A stretch of DNA of 64,000 bases. Source: Candidatus Poribacteria bacterium. Its GTDB lineage: Bacteria; Poribacteria; WGA-4E; JAJDTR01. The stretch spans positions 4,480,001 to 4,544,000 of the forward strand of contig CBDCTK010000002.1 in assembly GCA_965222225.1 (NCBI GenBank), given 5' to 3'. Below the pieces are notes generated by a model that made no database searches, was not told the origin of the DNA, and saw only the letters and a program-made list of their open reading frames with translations. The translations under genes were made by a program, and so were the position numbers. Each line of letters begins with the position of its first letter. Position 1 is the stretch's first letter. Positions 22,024-32,654 of the stretch are shown in pieces.

Positions 22024-24890
22024 ACGCGTTGCAAATCCAACAATGTGTTTGTTGTTTCTACTAGCTTGCTTGTCTCAACGATAGATCTTAGCGCGATGTA
22101 GAATCTCCGCCGCAACTGGCTTGCTTGTTGTTCATTCCATTGATAATCAGGATATTGGTCAAATATGCTGTTGAAATTTCGCGCATGCCCCGTTGAAATG
22201 TCGTCCGCATACCCCTGAAGAACCTTGTAAATCGCATAAGCGTTATCGTCAAGGTTCAGTCGCACGGTTTCAATTGTCGCTTGATTGCACTCTTCCGCAA
22301 ACCTCTCAAATTCAGCCAAAGCCTCTTGCGTCGTCATTTGCCGATTCTCATAAGCCTCCGCGACCACGTCTGCCCGTTCTCCGATAGATATGAGAAACGG
22401 CTTTGAACGGCTTTCCTCCGTGACGGTCTTACTCAAAACCTTCCTCAAATTCAACACCTTCACGGTGTCTGATAACTCGCTATCGGCGACTTCCCGCAAT
22501 GTGTCCGCGTTCAATTCATGGATGGCGCCCGGAAGTTCAAAGTTGTCGCTCTCCGTATGCTCCTGTAATAATTCGCGCGTTTTCTTGACCAACTCTTTAT
22601 CGACGTAGGGGTTGTCCGCGTAGGCATTACGAATTAAGGCATAGAGCGACGCGAGCGCTTTATAGTCGTTCAAGAACGGACGCAGAAATGCGTCGGGAGA
22701 AAGGATGTTGTAGATGTCTTGGATCTGCCTAAAAAACTTGAAAAAAGCCTCTCGCCCCTCCTTGTCCTCAAAGTAGGCGATTGCCCGCTCTTTTCCCCTA
22801 TCGTCCCAACTATGCGCATAGGGCAGATAACTCGGCGCAGTTTCCTCGAACCGCGCGGCAAAGAGGGTTTTGAGCACGTCTAGATTCTGAATTACGCTTC
22901 CCACCACGTCAGAATCAAAGGCAAGGGCTTTCTCCAGATTCTCGAAGATGCCGACGAAATCCAAAACAAACCCATACGGCTTCACCAGTCCCTCGTTGTC
23001 CTCGTAGGGTCGGTTGACGCGGGCGATTGCCTGTAGCAACACGTGATCGCGCATGGGTTTGTCAAGGTACATGCAGTAAAGAATCGGCGCATCAAAACCG
23101 GTCAACAGCTTTTCAGTTACCATCAGTATCTTTAGGGGGTCGCTCTTGTCGGCAAATCGCTTCCGAATCTCCTTTTCTTCGTCCTCGTTACGGTGATGCG
23201 CTTTCAAGTTCTCGGCGTCTTGATGGTGCGGGGAATATACCACCTCCGAATACTCTGGCGGTAGATGCCTATCAAGCGCCTCCTTGTACAACGCGCACGC
23301 CTCACGGTCTACGCCGACCAGAAACGCCTTGAAGCCCATCGGCTCAACATTGTCGCGGAAGTGTCCTGCGACATACCGGGCAATGTCTTCAACCCGATTG
23401 GGAGCTTTCATCATCTGCTTCAACCCGACTGCGCGGTCTAGGATGGCGTTCAGCTCCTCCACGTCGCTCACGCCTTCCGCCGCCGCAAGCCCCAGGAACT
23501 CCCGCTCCAGTGTCTCGCTGTCTACCTGTAAACCGGACGGGGAAAGCGCATAGTTCAACCGCACGGTAGTGCCGTCCTCAATGGACTCGGCAATTGCGTA
23601 TTTGTCAAGGTATCCCTGCTCATCGTCCGCGCCAAATACTCTGAAGGTCCCCTTGCCGTGGGCAAGCCGATCAATCGGCGTGCCGGTGAAACCGATGTAG
23701 GTGGCATTGGGAAGCGCCCCCATGAGGAAGTTCCCCAGATCGCCTCCGGTGGTGCGGTGGGCTTCATCAACCAGTATCGTCACGCTCTCGCGAGTGTTGA
23801 TTCTTGCCGGTATGTCGTCAAACTTATGAATGGTTGAAACCACCAAGCCGCGATAGTCGGAAGCCAAAATCGACCGTAGGTCGCGTTTGCTCTCCGCAAC
23901 TTTGGGTGTCCTAATACCGTAAGCCGTGATATTTTTGAACAACTGGCTCTCCAACTCATTGCGGTCCACCAGCATCAACACGGTGGGTTTTTCCGTTTCC
24001 CCGCCGCGGCGCAACAATCGGGAAGCGATGGTTATCATCGTCAGCGTCTTACCGCTGCCCTGCGTGTGCCAGACCAGTCCTCGCCGCTTGATGGGGTCGT
24101 GAACCCGTTCAACCACACCCTCCACGGCACGGGTTTGGTGCTGGCGCAACACAACTTTGGTCAGCTCGTCATCCCTGCTGAGGAAGATAATCGACTCGCG
24201 CAGGGCTTTCAGGAATCGGCCGGGATCGAAGAACGTCTTGACCTTATCCTCGTAGCTAGCGGGGTCGTCGGCTTTCCAGTTGAACAGATTCTTGCGGCTG
24301 GTGTTCCACGTGACGCCGTAGAAAAAATCCAAAAGTTGTGTGACGCCGAACAGTTGCGCGAAGGTAAACATCTCGGGTGTTTCCCGGTGGTAGCGGCGAA
24401 TCTGATCGACACCTTCCGCCAATCCGTCCCGCTTGTGCGCGGATTTTGTCTCCACCACCGCCACCGGAATCCCATTAATCAGAAACACCACATCCGCACG
24501 GTTTCGGTACACAGCGTTTCTTTGCCACCACTCATCAGTGACATGGAATAGATTGCTGTCAGGGGTATCGAAATCAATCAGCGTGACGTTCCGCTCACGC
24601 TCTTGGCTCGGGACAAAGATTGACCGCTCGCCGCGCAACCAAGCCAGTGCCTCCCGGTTTCCCTCACGAGTCGAATTAAGCAATTTTAACTGACGCAGAA
24701 TTTCCTTGCAGAGTCCCTCATCCAGTACCTCCCTGTTGAGTTTCAGGAGTTGCGAGTCCAGCACGTCCGCAAAATACAGCTTGGTATTGCCGCCGCGCAT
24801 CTGCAGCGCCTGCGATGCCGAAATGGACTCCCAGCCAATTTCATTGGCGTACCTGAGCATGGGATTTTGGACTGCATCACGTTCTGACAT
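22020..24890 (-). CDS. hsdR: Type I restriction endonuclease subunit R
   Basis: RADVVFLINGIPVAVVETK, HTQGSGKT, DEAHR, FTGTP, LLTGFDAP, QAIARVNR; likely start MSERDAVQ at 24890. Confidence 0.95.
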   Translation of the reverse strand: MSERDAVQNPMLRYANEIGWESISASQALQMRGGNTKLYFADVLDSQLLKLNREVLDEGLCKEILRQLKLLNSTREGNREALAWLRGERSIFVPSQERERNVTLIDFDTPDSNLFHVTDEWWQRNAVYRNRADVVFLINGIPVAVVETKSAHKRDGLAEGVDQIRRYHRETPEMFTFAQLFGVTQLLDFFYGVTWNTSRKNLFNWKADDPASYEDKVKTFFDPGRFLKALRESIIFLSRDDELTKVVLRQHQTRAVEGVVERVHDPIKRRGLVWHTQGSGKTLTMITIASRLLRRGGETEKPTVLMLVDRNELESQLFKNITAYGIRTPKVAESKRDLRSILASDYRGLVVSTIHKFDDIPARINTRESVTILVDEAHRTTGGDLGNFLMGALPNATYIGFTGTPIDRLAHGKGTFRVFGADDEQGYLDKYAIAESIEDGTTVRLNYALSPSGLQVDSETLEREFLGLAAAEGVSDVEELNAILDRAVGLKQMMKAPNRVEDIARYVAGHFRDNVEPMGFKAFLVGVDREACALYKEALDRHLPPEYSEVVYSPHHQDAENLKAHHRNEDEEKEIRKRFADKSDPLKILMVTEKLLTGFDAPILYCMYLDKPMRDHVLLQAIARVNRPYEDNEGLVKPYGFVLDFVGIFENLEKALAFDSDVVGSVIQNLDVLKTLFAARFEETAPSYLPYAHSWDDRGKERAIAYFEDKEGREAFFKFFRQIQDIYNILSPDAFLRPFLNDYKALASLYALIRNAYADNPYVDKELVKKTRELLQEHTESDNFELPGAIHELNADTLREVADSELSDTVKVLNLRKVLSKTVTEESRSKPFLISIGERADVVAEAYENRQMTTQEALAEFERFAEECNQATIETVRLNLDDNAYAIYKVLQGYADDISTGHARNFNSIFDQYPDYQWNEQQASQLRRRFYIALRSIVETSKLVETTNTLLDLQRV

Positions 24891-24961
24891 TACGCTCTCC
24901 GAGGGGAGGCAAACGGAAATCAGCAGCGAGCGGGAAAAGTAATTTATCAGATTTTCTTGAT

Positions 24962-25213
24962 TTAGAGCCTGTTTGAAAAGTGCAGTTTGTAGGGTGCGCA
25001 CTGCGCACCAGCCTCTAAAAGCCCCAGAGGGGCGGAAGGTGTATAGAAACACCAAAACCCCGTGCACCTAAGCCCCAGCGTGGGATCAAGGAAGCGAATA
25101 GCGACTGCGATAGAGATTCTACAGGTATGTAGCAGCCAACAATGAAAACATGAAAAAACTTTTTACAAATGACCAGAAATGGCTTTGCCACCGATTATTC
25201 AACCTGGCTCTTA
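24962..25213 (+). mobile_element. MITE-A, non-autonomous element of about 250 bp
   Basis: Ends TTAGAGCCTGTTTGAA ... TTCAACCTGGCTCTTA; near-identical copy at 48820-49054; contains REPs and a 36-nt unit at 25084-25119. Confidence 0.8.
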
Positions 25214-25340
25214 GTGCAAGAGCAATGTTACAATCCGTTCAGCCTTTTTCCTCAAAGCAACCGGAATCTAGCTTCAAAGGTGTTATTCTACTGTACAACA
25301 GGGAGAAAACCAAGATAAACTGGGCTAAAAGGAGTTTGTC

Positions 25341-25496
25341 ATGAATCAGACATATACCGCTCTTGCCCAACAACGTGAGGGCTGGTGGATCGGATGGATT
25401 GAGGAAATCCCCGGGGTAAACTGCCAAGAAAGAACGTATGAGGAGCTTCTTGATACTTTGAAAGTCACGCTTTCAGAGGCTTTGAAATTCAATTAG
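25341..25496 (+). CDS. Orphan, short HicB-family antitoxin (missed by the ORF track)
   Basis: MNQTYTALAQQREGWWIGWIEEIPGVNCQERTYEELLDTLKVTLSEALKFN after RBS AGGAG. Confidence 0.7.
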   Translation: MNQTYTALAQQREGWWIGWIEEIPGVNCQERTYEELLDTLKVTLSEALKFN

Positions 25497-25610
25497 GAAC
25501 AGCCAATCCGATCGGCATAGCGAAGCATCGGTTCTCGAACAACACTATGTTCAGACATCATTATCTCCCTAACCTGCTGCGACTTGCCAAATCCGCAGCA
25601 CTTTTGTTAA

Positions 25611-26276
25611 TCAATCGTGTAGCGCTTTGGTTGAAGTACACGCAGAACCCGAATCGCGTTGAGTCACACCTACGCCCTCTACCCGCTCGAATGTATACAT
25701 ATGCACCCGATCATCTCTTTCTTCCTTCATGTGAACTAGATAAAAGCCATTCCCATTCAGCAGTTTTATCTGGTGGCAATTGAGCAACTTCCTAATCCGC
25801 TCCATCCATTCGGGTATCATCTTTTCATAGTAGTCATAGTCCACTTCTTTTCCGAACGGATTCTGTGCGTGTAGACGCTTGCCACATCTTCCGTGAACCT
25901 CAATAAGTTCATCACGCGTCATGAATCCAGTCTCCATATCAACGAGTTTATTCTTGGCGCGAGAATTCTTCAATGGCACCTCAACAATAGGCCGCGGATA
26001 AAAGTTCGGGTTTAAACGTTCTACATCTTTGAGTATTGCTTTCGGATGCCACTGTTTCTCAAATTTATTCCTATTTTTCTCGAAGATTGATTTGTATGCG
26101 GACAGTGAGGCAAGTGCCACTAGCTCTGTAATCATTCGCACCTGATGCACCATTGATTCGACATGGGTAGCGTGATAAATTACACTTATCATTTTCTCTA
26201 ATAATGAGCGTACGACATTCATCCTGAGTTTAATTTCCTCCATGACTGCGATGTATGCTTTGGTATCCAGTTCCAT
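25611..26276 (-). CDS. Hypothetical protein inside the RM locus, possible HEPN-like fold
   Basis: RBS AGGAGG; helical protein with RCGKRLH (Rx5H). Confidence 0.6.
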   Translation of the reverse strand: MELDTKAYIAVMEEIKLRMNVVRSLLEKMISVIYHATHVESMVHQVRMITELVALASLSAYKSIFEKNRNKFEKQWHPKAILKDVERLNPNFYPRPIVEVPLKNSRAKNKLVDMETGFMTRDELIEVHGRCGKRLHAQNPFGKEVDYDYYEKMIPEWMERIRKLLNCHQIKLLNGNGFYLVHMKEERDDRVHMYTFERVEGVGVTQRDSGSACTSTKALHD

Positions 26277-26335
26277 TTTTTAATTCCTCCTTCTTGATAA
26301 AGCAGAATCTTTCTTAGTGTGTGTTTAGGAACTTG

Positions 26336-27601
26336 CTAGCCGGAAATTTCCGAATCAATTAGTGGAGCGGCGGACCTTTCCCCGGTCATCAGTTCCTCAA
26401 GCATGGCGTGAAACAGTTCGTCCAATCGGGCAGTTTCTTTTTCGAGGGCGGCAATCTTTGCGTTAAAGGCTATTAGAACCTCTGAGATTTCTTGCTGTTC
26501 ATCGAACGACGGAATTGGTATTTCTAGGCGCTTAACATCACCTACATTCAAATGTTTTGCGGTGACACCTCGCCCTTGTGACAACAGTCTAGAACGCAAT
26601 TCAGTCACATAGAAACTTTGAACCAAGAAATTGGCATCTAATATCAAAGGAATGACTCTCAATAGCATTAATCTTTGTCCCAAACTGAGTCTTGTATCCC
26701 GAGGAATGACACATGCTTCGCCAATAGGGGCTTCACGACTAAATAGGATATCACCTTATTGTGGCGTAAGTCGCTTAATGCGTTCTTGATATTCGTCTTC
26801 CGATGTATACGACGCAGGTTCTTTAACATAAATCCCTGAACGTATATTGACGTTTCGGGCGCATAGAACTCCAGACTCAACGAACTTTGGAGTTGAATGT
26901 GGACAATCAACAATCTTCAGACATACTTTATTCAACCCGACTATCTCCCAACTCTCAGGTATCTCACCAATCTCCGTCTGTTTTCGGGGTTCGCCCTTCG
27001 TGCCGTGAGAGAAGAGGTAATCCATCAATGCAGATTTGCGCTCTCGCTCTAACGCAATCTCCTTTTGCCGGGCAAACTTGGCTTCTTGAATTGCACCCAA
27101 AACCGAGGCAATGGCGCGTTGTTCGGGAAGTGGAGGGAGTGGCAACTGGTAATCAAGGATATGATTCTTCGATAAATTATTGATATTTGTGCCACGTGCT
27201 TCCCGAAGCAAATGCTTCCGATAATTCTTGGTCTGAAAAACATTACCAACAAAAATTGATTCTGCCATTGCATTATGGCGGAAAACTGCACAGAATGCAC
27301 CAAACGATCCCTTCCAATCCATATTTAACTGGGCAGCTTTTCCAACCACAGATTTACTTCCACTAGACATTGCAATTATCACATCGCCTCTCCGTAGAAG
27401 TTGGGAATCAGAAACTTTTTCAGCTTTTACGTATACTAATTCTTCATCCAAGATTAGCTGTCTATCTTGAATATTAGTCGCCCTAAGAACTGGTAAATAT
27501 CCAAGAATCGCGTCGTTGGTCACATCTTGTTTTTTGTAAGAAACACCGCGAACCAACCGCCCTAGTTTTCCCAACCTAACCAATTCCCAATGTTCCGGCA
27601 A
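26336..27601 (-). pseudogene. hsdS: Type I RM specificity subunit with an in-frame nonsense codon
   Basis: PEHWELVRLG, PLPPLPEQRAIA, TEIGEIPESW; LTPQ*GDILFSREAPIGE read-through at TAA 26756-26758 joins the two ORFs in frame. Confidence 0.88.
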
Positions 27602-27702
27602 TTCAATCTCGTCTATTTTATAGTCCCTCCCCGTTCAATTGAAGCCAAGACGACGCATTTTCCAACCTCTTGCTCGCGTTTTCAGGATCCTAGGCGCCTA
27701 CC

Positions 27703-28383
27703 CTATCTTCCACGGTTGGCTCCTCCTCTCGTGTTTCTCGTAAATCCCCGAAGTGTTTGTCCTTGTCCGCCTGATGTTGTCTTGGTGTTTGTCGGCGTTA
27801 TACGAGTTGAAGGTGGTTGCGCCATACGATTCATTCGATTTGGAGAAACGACTTCCTTGACAGGTGCCGAGGATTGCACTTCTGTGCTTGTTTCTAATTC
27901 AAAGGCTCTATGTACAGTCGTGTGCGAATAAACAACCTTGCTATTGGAAGAAAGTTTCTGAAGTTGAGTTTGGATCATCTCTCGATCTTTCAAGCCAGAA
28001 CTTAATATGGAGCGATCGAAACTAGGACAGACGATATGAAGAGCGACTCCCTCATCTTGAGCAACCGCCTTTGCTCCTTTAGTAAAACCAGTATTAGTAA
28101 TCATCATTGACTTGTTGGCAAATACTTTCTCTTTGACTTTCTGAAGGAGCAAAACCTCGCCCTGCTCTACCTTACCCGAACTTCGCCACTTCGCATTAGC
28201 AATATTCAGGTACTGCGTGAGTTGATTTCCATCTTCCCAGTAAAGGTCAATCTGATGATTATACTCTGGCAAATCAGGTCGTTTTGGATTTGGAATCTTG
28301 ACAGACAGTACTTCCTTAATAGGAATTTCAAGTTTATCAGCTAAGAAAAATCGACATAACTCCTCATATTGTGTACCAGTCAT
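27703..28383 (-). CDS. Mrr-cat-like PD-(D/E)xK restriction endonuclease family protein
   Basis: GTQYEELC, HQIDLYW, IANAKW, MITNTGFTKGAKAVA; low-complexity tail. Confidence 0.7.
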   Translation of the reverse strand: MTGTQYEELCRFFLADKLEIPIKEVLSVKIPNPKRPDLPEYNHQIDLYWEDGNQLTQYLNIANAKWRSSGKVEQGEVLLLQKVKEKVFANKSMMITNTGFTKGAKAVAQDEGVALHIVCPSFDRSILSSGLKDREMIQTQLQKLSSNSKVVYSHTTVHRAFELETSTEVQSSAPVKEVVSPNRMNRMAQPPSTRITPTNTKTTSGGQGQTLRGFTRNTRGGANRGR

Positions 28384-28499
28384 TCTAACTCCTTTTTGAA
28401 TTCAATCCCCCTTTGTTCTCTATGATAGAACACACTATTGCAATAATTCTCGACAGGATCGACTTGTATAACTGCCAATTGCCTTCTAGAGCATGGTTG

Positions 28500-30158
28500 T
28501 TAATCTCGTACTTTCTTGCATTGTAACTCTACCTCGCTAAATCCAAGCCCTGTCAACACATCTTCTAAGGTCTTATCCGCCTTTTCGCGTGTGATGCGTG
28601 CTTCCGTTAAGTCCGCGAGAATCTCATACACTAATCGATATTCAATCTTATCTCCCACGTCCACAAACTGGGAGGGACTCAGGTTATAATCGGTTTTTCG
28701 GGCATCTTCTAGGGTGATAACGCGGCTCAACTTCTCGCGAGATTTCCACGCTTGATAAACCTCTGACGCTGCATCGATTCCTTCGTCGGTCAAGGCATTT
28801 TTCGGCGCCTGTTTCACAAAATACTTTGAGAGGTTGATGAGTAGGATTTGGTCTTTGCGTTCGATTGGTTTGCTTCGGTTGAGCAGTAAAACGATGCCCG
28901 GCGCGCTAGTGTTATAGAACAGGTTTTCAGGCAAAAGTATCACGCCTTCAATCAGGTCGTTTTCCACAAACCCCTTGCGAATGTCACGCTCGCGGTTGGT
29001 GTGTTTACTGCCAGAGCCGCGAGAGACGGCGCCGGTATCCAGCACAATGGCGGCGCGTCCGTTGGCGTTCAGGGACGCCAGCATGTGCTGAACCCATGCC
29101 CAGTCTGCAGATGAGCTCGGGGGCACGCCATAGCCAAACCGTCCCCACCGGTCATTGTCGTAGAAGGTCTCGTTGTACTCCTTCTGATTCCACATCGGAT
29201 TGGCGAGCACATAATCAAAGCGTTTGAGCGTCGAATCATTAGCCACAAAGCCCGGCTTGCGGAAGGTGTCGCCGATACGCAGATCCGCTCCGATAAAGTC
29301 GTGAAGAAAGGCGTTCATCTTCGCCATGGCGAAGGTGGTGGGAGTTAGTTCCTGTCCGTAGATTTTCGGGGCTTGGCTCTCTTTATCGGGATGGGCTTGC
29401 TCAAATAGCAGGCGCGGTTTAATGAGCAGACCGCCCGAACCGCACGCCGGATCGTAGATGGTGGTGTACGGTTCAGGGTTAATGAGCCGCGCCATTAACC
29501 AGCCGACCTCTTTCGGCGTGTAGAACTCGCCGGCGCTCTGTCCCTGGTCCTCGGCAAATTTTCGCAGCAGGTATTCGTAGGCGCGTCCCAAAATATCCGG
29601 TTCCGTGTCCTTCAACCCAAGCCGATACCGGCTTAATACCTCAATCAGGGCTTCCAGCCGGTCGTCGTCTAGGGTGCGTTGTCCGCTCTGTTGTTCGTTA
29701 AAGTCGCGTACATCAAGGACACCGCGCAACAGCGGATTCAGACGGGCAACCTCGCGCATGGCTTCGGTGACGAACTCGCCCAAGCCGCCATCCGCCGGAT
29801 GGTTGCGAAGTTGCTTCCAACTGTACTTTTGGGGGATATAGAAACGTACAATCGGGGGACGTTCGTTTTTGAGCGCATCCTCATGGTCAGCTTCGATGAT
29901 GTCTCGTGCCGTTTCCTCATCGCCAAATTCGGTAACCTGTTCGGCAAATTCATCATCGAACACATTCGAGAGCCGCTTGTAGAAAATCAGAGGTAGAATA
30001 AAATCCTTGAATTTTGGCGCGTCGGTTGCCCCGCGAATCACGCAGGCGGCATCCCACAGCCATGTCTCTAGCGTGGAGATGTCTAACTCCTCTTGCTCTG
30101 GGGTGGGGAATTCAAGCGTCGTTTGGGGCGGGTCGGAGGCGGTTTGGTTCTTTGGCAA
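28500..30158 (-). CDS. hsdM: Type I RM N6-adenine methyltransferase
   Basis: GEFYTP, YDPACGSGG, LANPMWN, LFYNTS. Confidence 0.95.
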   Translation of the reverse strand: MPKNQTASDPPQTTLEFPTPEQEELDISTLETWLWDAACVIRGATDAPKFKDFILPLIFYKRLSNVFDDEFAEQVTEFGDEETARDIIEADHEDALKNERPPIVRFYIPQKYSWKQLRNHPADGGLGEFVTEAMREVARLNPLLRGVLDVRDFNEQQSGQRTLDDDRLEALIEVLSRYRLGLKDTEPDILGRAYEYLLRKFAEDQGQSAGEFYTPKEVGWLMARLINPEPYTTIYDPACGSGGLLIKPRLLFEQAHPDKESQAPKIYGQELTPTTFAMAKMNAFLHDFIGADLRIGDTFRKPGFVANDSTLKRFDYVLANPMWNQKEYNETFYDNDRWGRFGYGVPPSSSADWAWVQHMLASLNANGRAAIVLDTGAVSRGSGSKHTNRERDIRKGFVENDLIEGVILLPENLFYNTSAPGIVLLLNRSKPIERKDQILLINLSKYFVKQAPKNALTDEGIDAASEVYQAWKSREKLSRVITLEDARKTDYNLSPSQFVDVGDKIEYRLVYEILADLTEARITREKADKTLEDVLTGLGFSEVELQCKKVRD

Positions 30159-30206
30159 TGGTTGTTCTCCCGTTGATTTCAGGGTACTGATGTAAAACCT
30201 AACATA

Positions 30207-31064
30207 TCAAATGAGGGTTAATTGGTCAGGACTTGGCGGAAGTGTCAAATGAAATATTACAAAAACTCTATCCCTGTCTTTATCCCGTAATGCCTCGCAG
30301 TGACAGGGCATCTTCTTGCCGCTAGGAAAAGGGACATAGCTCTTCTCTTCAATAGCCTCAGAATCCGAAAACGCTTGATGTATCAAGTGGTCATCAGGAA
30401 TTCTTGCGTTTTTTGCCAACGGATATTTACTACTAGGTGACGAGGCTGAATAAGCTACGTGCAGCGTCGGTAGGGGCGAACGATACTGGTCATCAAGAAG
30501 ATGACCTTGAGAAGGTGCCGTTTTGTTCGGCACCAGGCCATATTCACAAATGGCAGAAATACATGAATTCGGCGCAACTTGGGCAAGTTGAATCGTCGTC
30601 GCAATTGCCGAACTTCCGAAATGGCGGGAGGCAAAGGGAATCAGTCCGACATTAAATCCCTTTTCTTCAGTAAGCTTTATGAATTCTTCGCTGGGCATCA
30701 AGAATTCAGCCGCGCCAATATTGCAGAGTCGTTCTAATTGTCTCTTGTATTCACCCTCTTGGTCCAAAGTCGCATCGTGAATCTCTGAAATTAATTCTCC
30801 ATCCTCATTAATTAGATGATGCGTGACTTCATGAAATCGAGTGAATTGCTTTCGCTCTTCATTCTGAATGCGAGAATTGACGAGAATTGTACGCTCAGCT
30901 AGTAATCCGTCTACTTCCAGACGCAACTCTACTTCTTTCGTGTTCAATCCTAGGCCCGCCTGAATTTCGTCAAATCTTGGGATTGGGGTTGAAGCGTATT
31001 TCTTTACAGTGTCTCGAACCAATTCCAGAGCATGTGTTCTCATGTCCTTCACGGAAAGTTGCAT
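30207..31064 (-). CDS. ImmA/IrrE-family metallopeptidase (CapP-like)
   Basis: FTRFHEVTH (HExxH), ERLCNIGAAEFLMP. Confidence 0.88.
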   Translation of the reverse strand: MQLSVKDMRTHALELVRDTVKKYASTPIPRFDEIQAGLGLNTKEVELRLEVDGLLAERTILVNSRIQNEERKQFTRFHEVTHHLINEDGELISEIHDATLDQEGEYKRQLERLCNIGAAEFLMPSEEFIKLTEEKGFNVGLIPFASRHFGSSAIATTIQLAQVAPNSCISAICEYGLVPNKTAPSQGHLLDDQYRSPLPTLHVAYSASSPSSKYPLAKNARIPDDHLIHQAFSDSEAIEEKSYVPFPSGKKMPCHCEALRDKDRDRVFVIFHLTLPPSPDQLTLI

Positions 31065-31065
31065 T

Positions 31066-31467
31066 TTAGTCCTCTCGCGAAGAAAAAATCCGTCTGAGAT
31101 TTAGATGCAGTTCCACCCATTCCTTCTTAGAGGCTGGCTTTCTACCCCGAAAGTCAAGTCTCATCAGAAATTCCTTCCAGTCGTCATCAATCTCATCTTC
31201 GTAATCAGTGTCTGACAGGAATTCTGAGAATCCTTCGGGATAGGTTTCGCGTGCCGATTCGCCCATCTCTTCAACCCCGGTAAACAGCTCTTGTACCGTC
31301 ATGGCATAAGCTTTAGCAACCTTTTGGAGGGTCTCTATGGATGGATTCACAACGTCACGCTCAATGTCAGAAAGATATGGCACAGACAGATCGGACCGTT
31401 CCTTCAAATCCTTCAACGTGAACTTGTGTTGCTTGCGGATAAGTCGGAGCCGTTCACCTAGTTTCAT
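31066..31467 (-). CDS. XRE-family HTH repressor (CapH-like)
   Basis: LGERLRLIRKQHKFTLKDL...LSVPYLSDIER...PSIETLQKVA. Confidence 0.9.
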   Translation of the reverse strand: MKLGERLRLIRKQHKFTLKDLKERSDLSVPYLSDIERDVVNPSIETLQKVAKAYAMTVQELFTGVEEMGESARETYPEGFSEFLSDTDYEDEIDDDWKEFLMRLDFRGRKPASKKEWVELHLNLRRIFSSRED

Positions 31468-31529
31468 CGCTATTTTTCTCCCTGTTTTGAGATTTAATCA
31501 AATCCTTCCCTCATTTAACGTGTAGGATT

Positions 31530-31558
31530 ATTATATCACAAATTACTATTTTGGTGAA
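31530..31558 (-). promoter_or_regulatory. Predicted sigma70 promoter for the HTH-peptidase-RM arm
   Basis: Minus strand TTCACC-17 nt-TATAAT with an extended TG. Confidence 0.6.
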
Positions 31559-31602
31559 GGCATAAAAAAACTAGAAATATTATCAAATCATTGAAAATAC
31601 CC

Positions 31603-31632
31603 TTGACAGCGCCATAGATTCGATGATACCAT
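31603..31632 (+). promoter_or_regulatory. Predicted sigma70 promoter for CBASS
   Basis: TTGACA-18 nt-TACCAT with an extended TG. Confidence 0.55.
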
Positions 31633-31692
31633 ACAAAATCACGTTGCGTTAGCCTATCAATGAAACTAAATCTAAGATGAGGAAAATGAAAG

Positions 31693-32637
31693 ATGAATGC
31701 TCAGAGACGAATTCTAGCACTTGACGGGGGCGGAATCAAGGGAATATTCGCCGCTTCATTTCTCGCTACTGTTGAAGATTCGATTGAAGATAGTATCGCC
31801 AACTATTTTGACCTAATCGTGGGGACTTCGACCGGTGGAATCATCGCACTGGGCCTTGGTCTAGGGTTATCCGCCAAGGAAATATTGAGGTTCTACGAAG
31901 AATCTGGCCCACGCATCTTTGGAGGCAATCGTATGTTGCGCTGTGTTAGGTGGTTGGGCAGATCGAAGTACAGTAAAACACCTTTGAAAGAAGCTCTTGA
32001 GGGTTGCTTTGGTGACCGGAGGTTGGGCGATTGCAGGAAGCGTATAATCATACCATCTTTCAACGCCGAAACGGGCGAGGTTCACGTCTACAAGACCGCG
32101 TTTCATCCTAGGTTAGAAAGGGACTACAAAGAAAAAGCAGTTGATGTAGCCCTTGCAACCGCATCTGCTCCATCCTACTTTCCTACACATCGGTCGGCTG
32201 CGGGTACGCCTTTGCTAGACGGTGGCGTATGGACAAACAATCCGATAGATGTCGCCGTAATCAATGCGATTGCATTACTTGATTGGCCAAGGGATTCAAT
32301 AAAAATCTTGAGTTTAGGCTGTACGTGTGAGCCAATAACTGTGAATCTGGGCAGGAACTTTTCGTTGGGAGGACTATACTGGGCAAAAAAGATCCTCAGC
32401 GTGTTCATGCAAGCGCAATCTAATGCCGCTCTTGGAACGGCGAAGCTTCTTGCCGGGGGTGAAAATATCACTAGGATAGACCCAGTGGTGTCCCCAGGAA
32501 GATTCAAATTAGGCGATGTGAAGGAAATGCCTTCGTTGAAAGGTCTTGGGAATTCTGAAGCCCGTAAAGCATTACCTGAACTCCGCAAGGTTTTTCTCGG
32601 TGAACCAGCAGAACAATTTGATGCATTCTACAAATAA
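31693..32637 (+). CDS. capV: CBASS patatin-like phospholipase effector
   Basis: DGGGIKG, GTSTGG, DGGVW; adjacent to a CD-NTase. Confidence 0.85.
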   Translation: MNAQRRILALDGGGIKGIFAASFLATVEDSIEDSIANYFDLIVGTSTGGIIALGLGLGLSAKEILRFYEESGPRIFGGNRMLRCVRWLGRSKYSKTPLKEALEGCFGDRRLGDCRKRIIIPSFNAETGEVHVYKTAFHPRLERDYKEKAVDVALATASAPSYFPTHRSAAGTPLLDGGVWTNNPIDVAVINAIALLDWPRDSIKILSLGCTCEPITVNLGRNFSLGGLYWAKKILSVFMQAQSNAALGTAKLLAGGENITRIDPVVSPGRFKLGDVKEMPSLKGLGNSEARKALPELRKVFLGEPAEQFDAFYK

Positions 32638-32654
32638 GGAGGATTTTTAGACTT

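Noticed and set aside
24891-25067. N-terminal extension of HsdR in the ORF track
   Set aside because: It runs through MITE-A; the real start is more likely 24890
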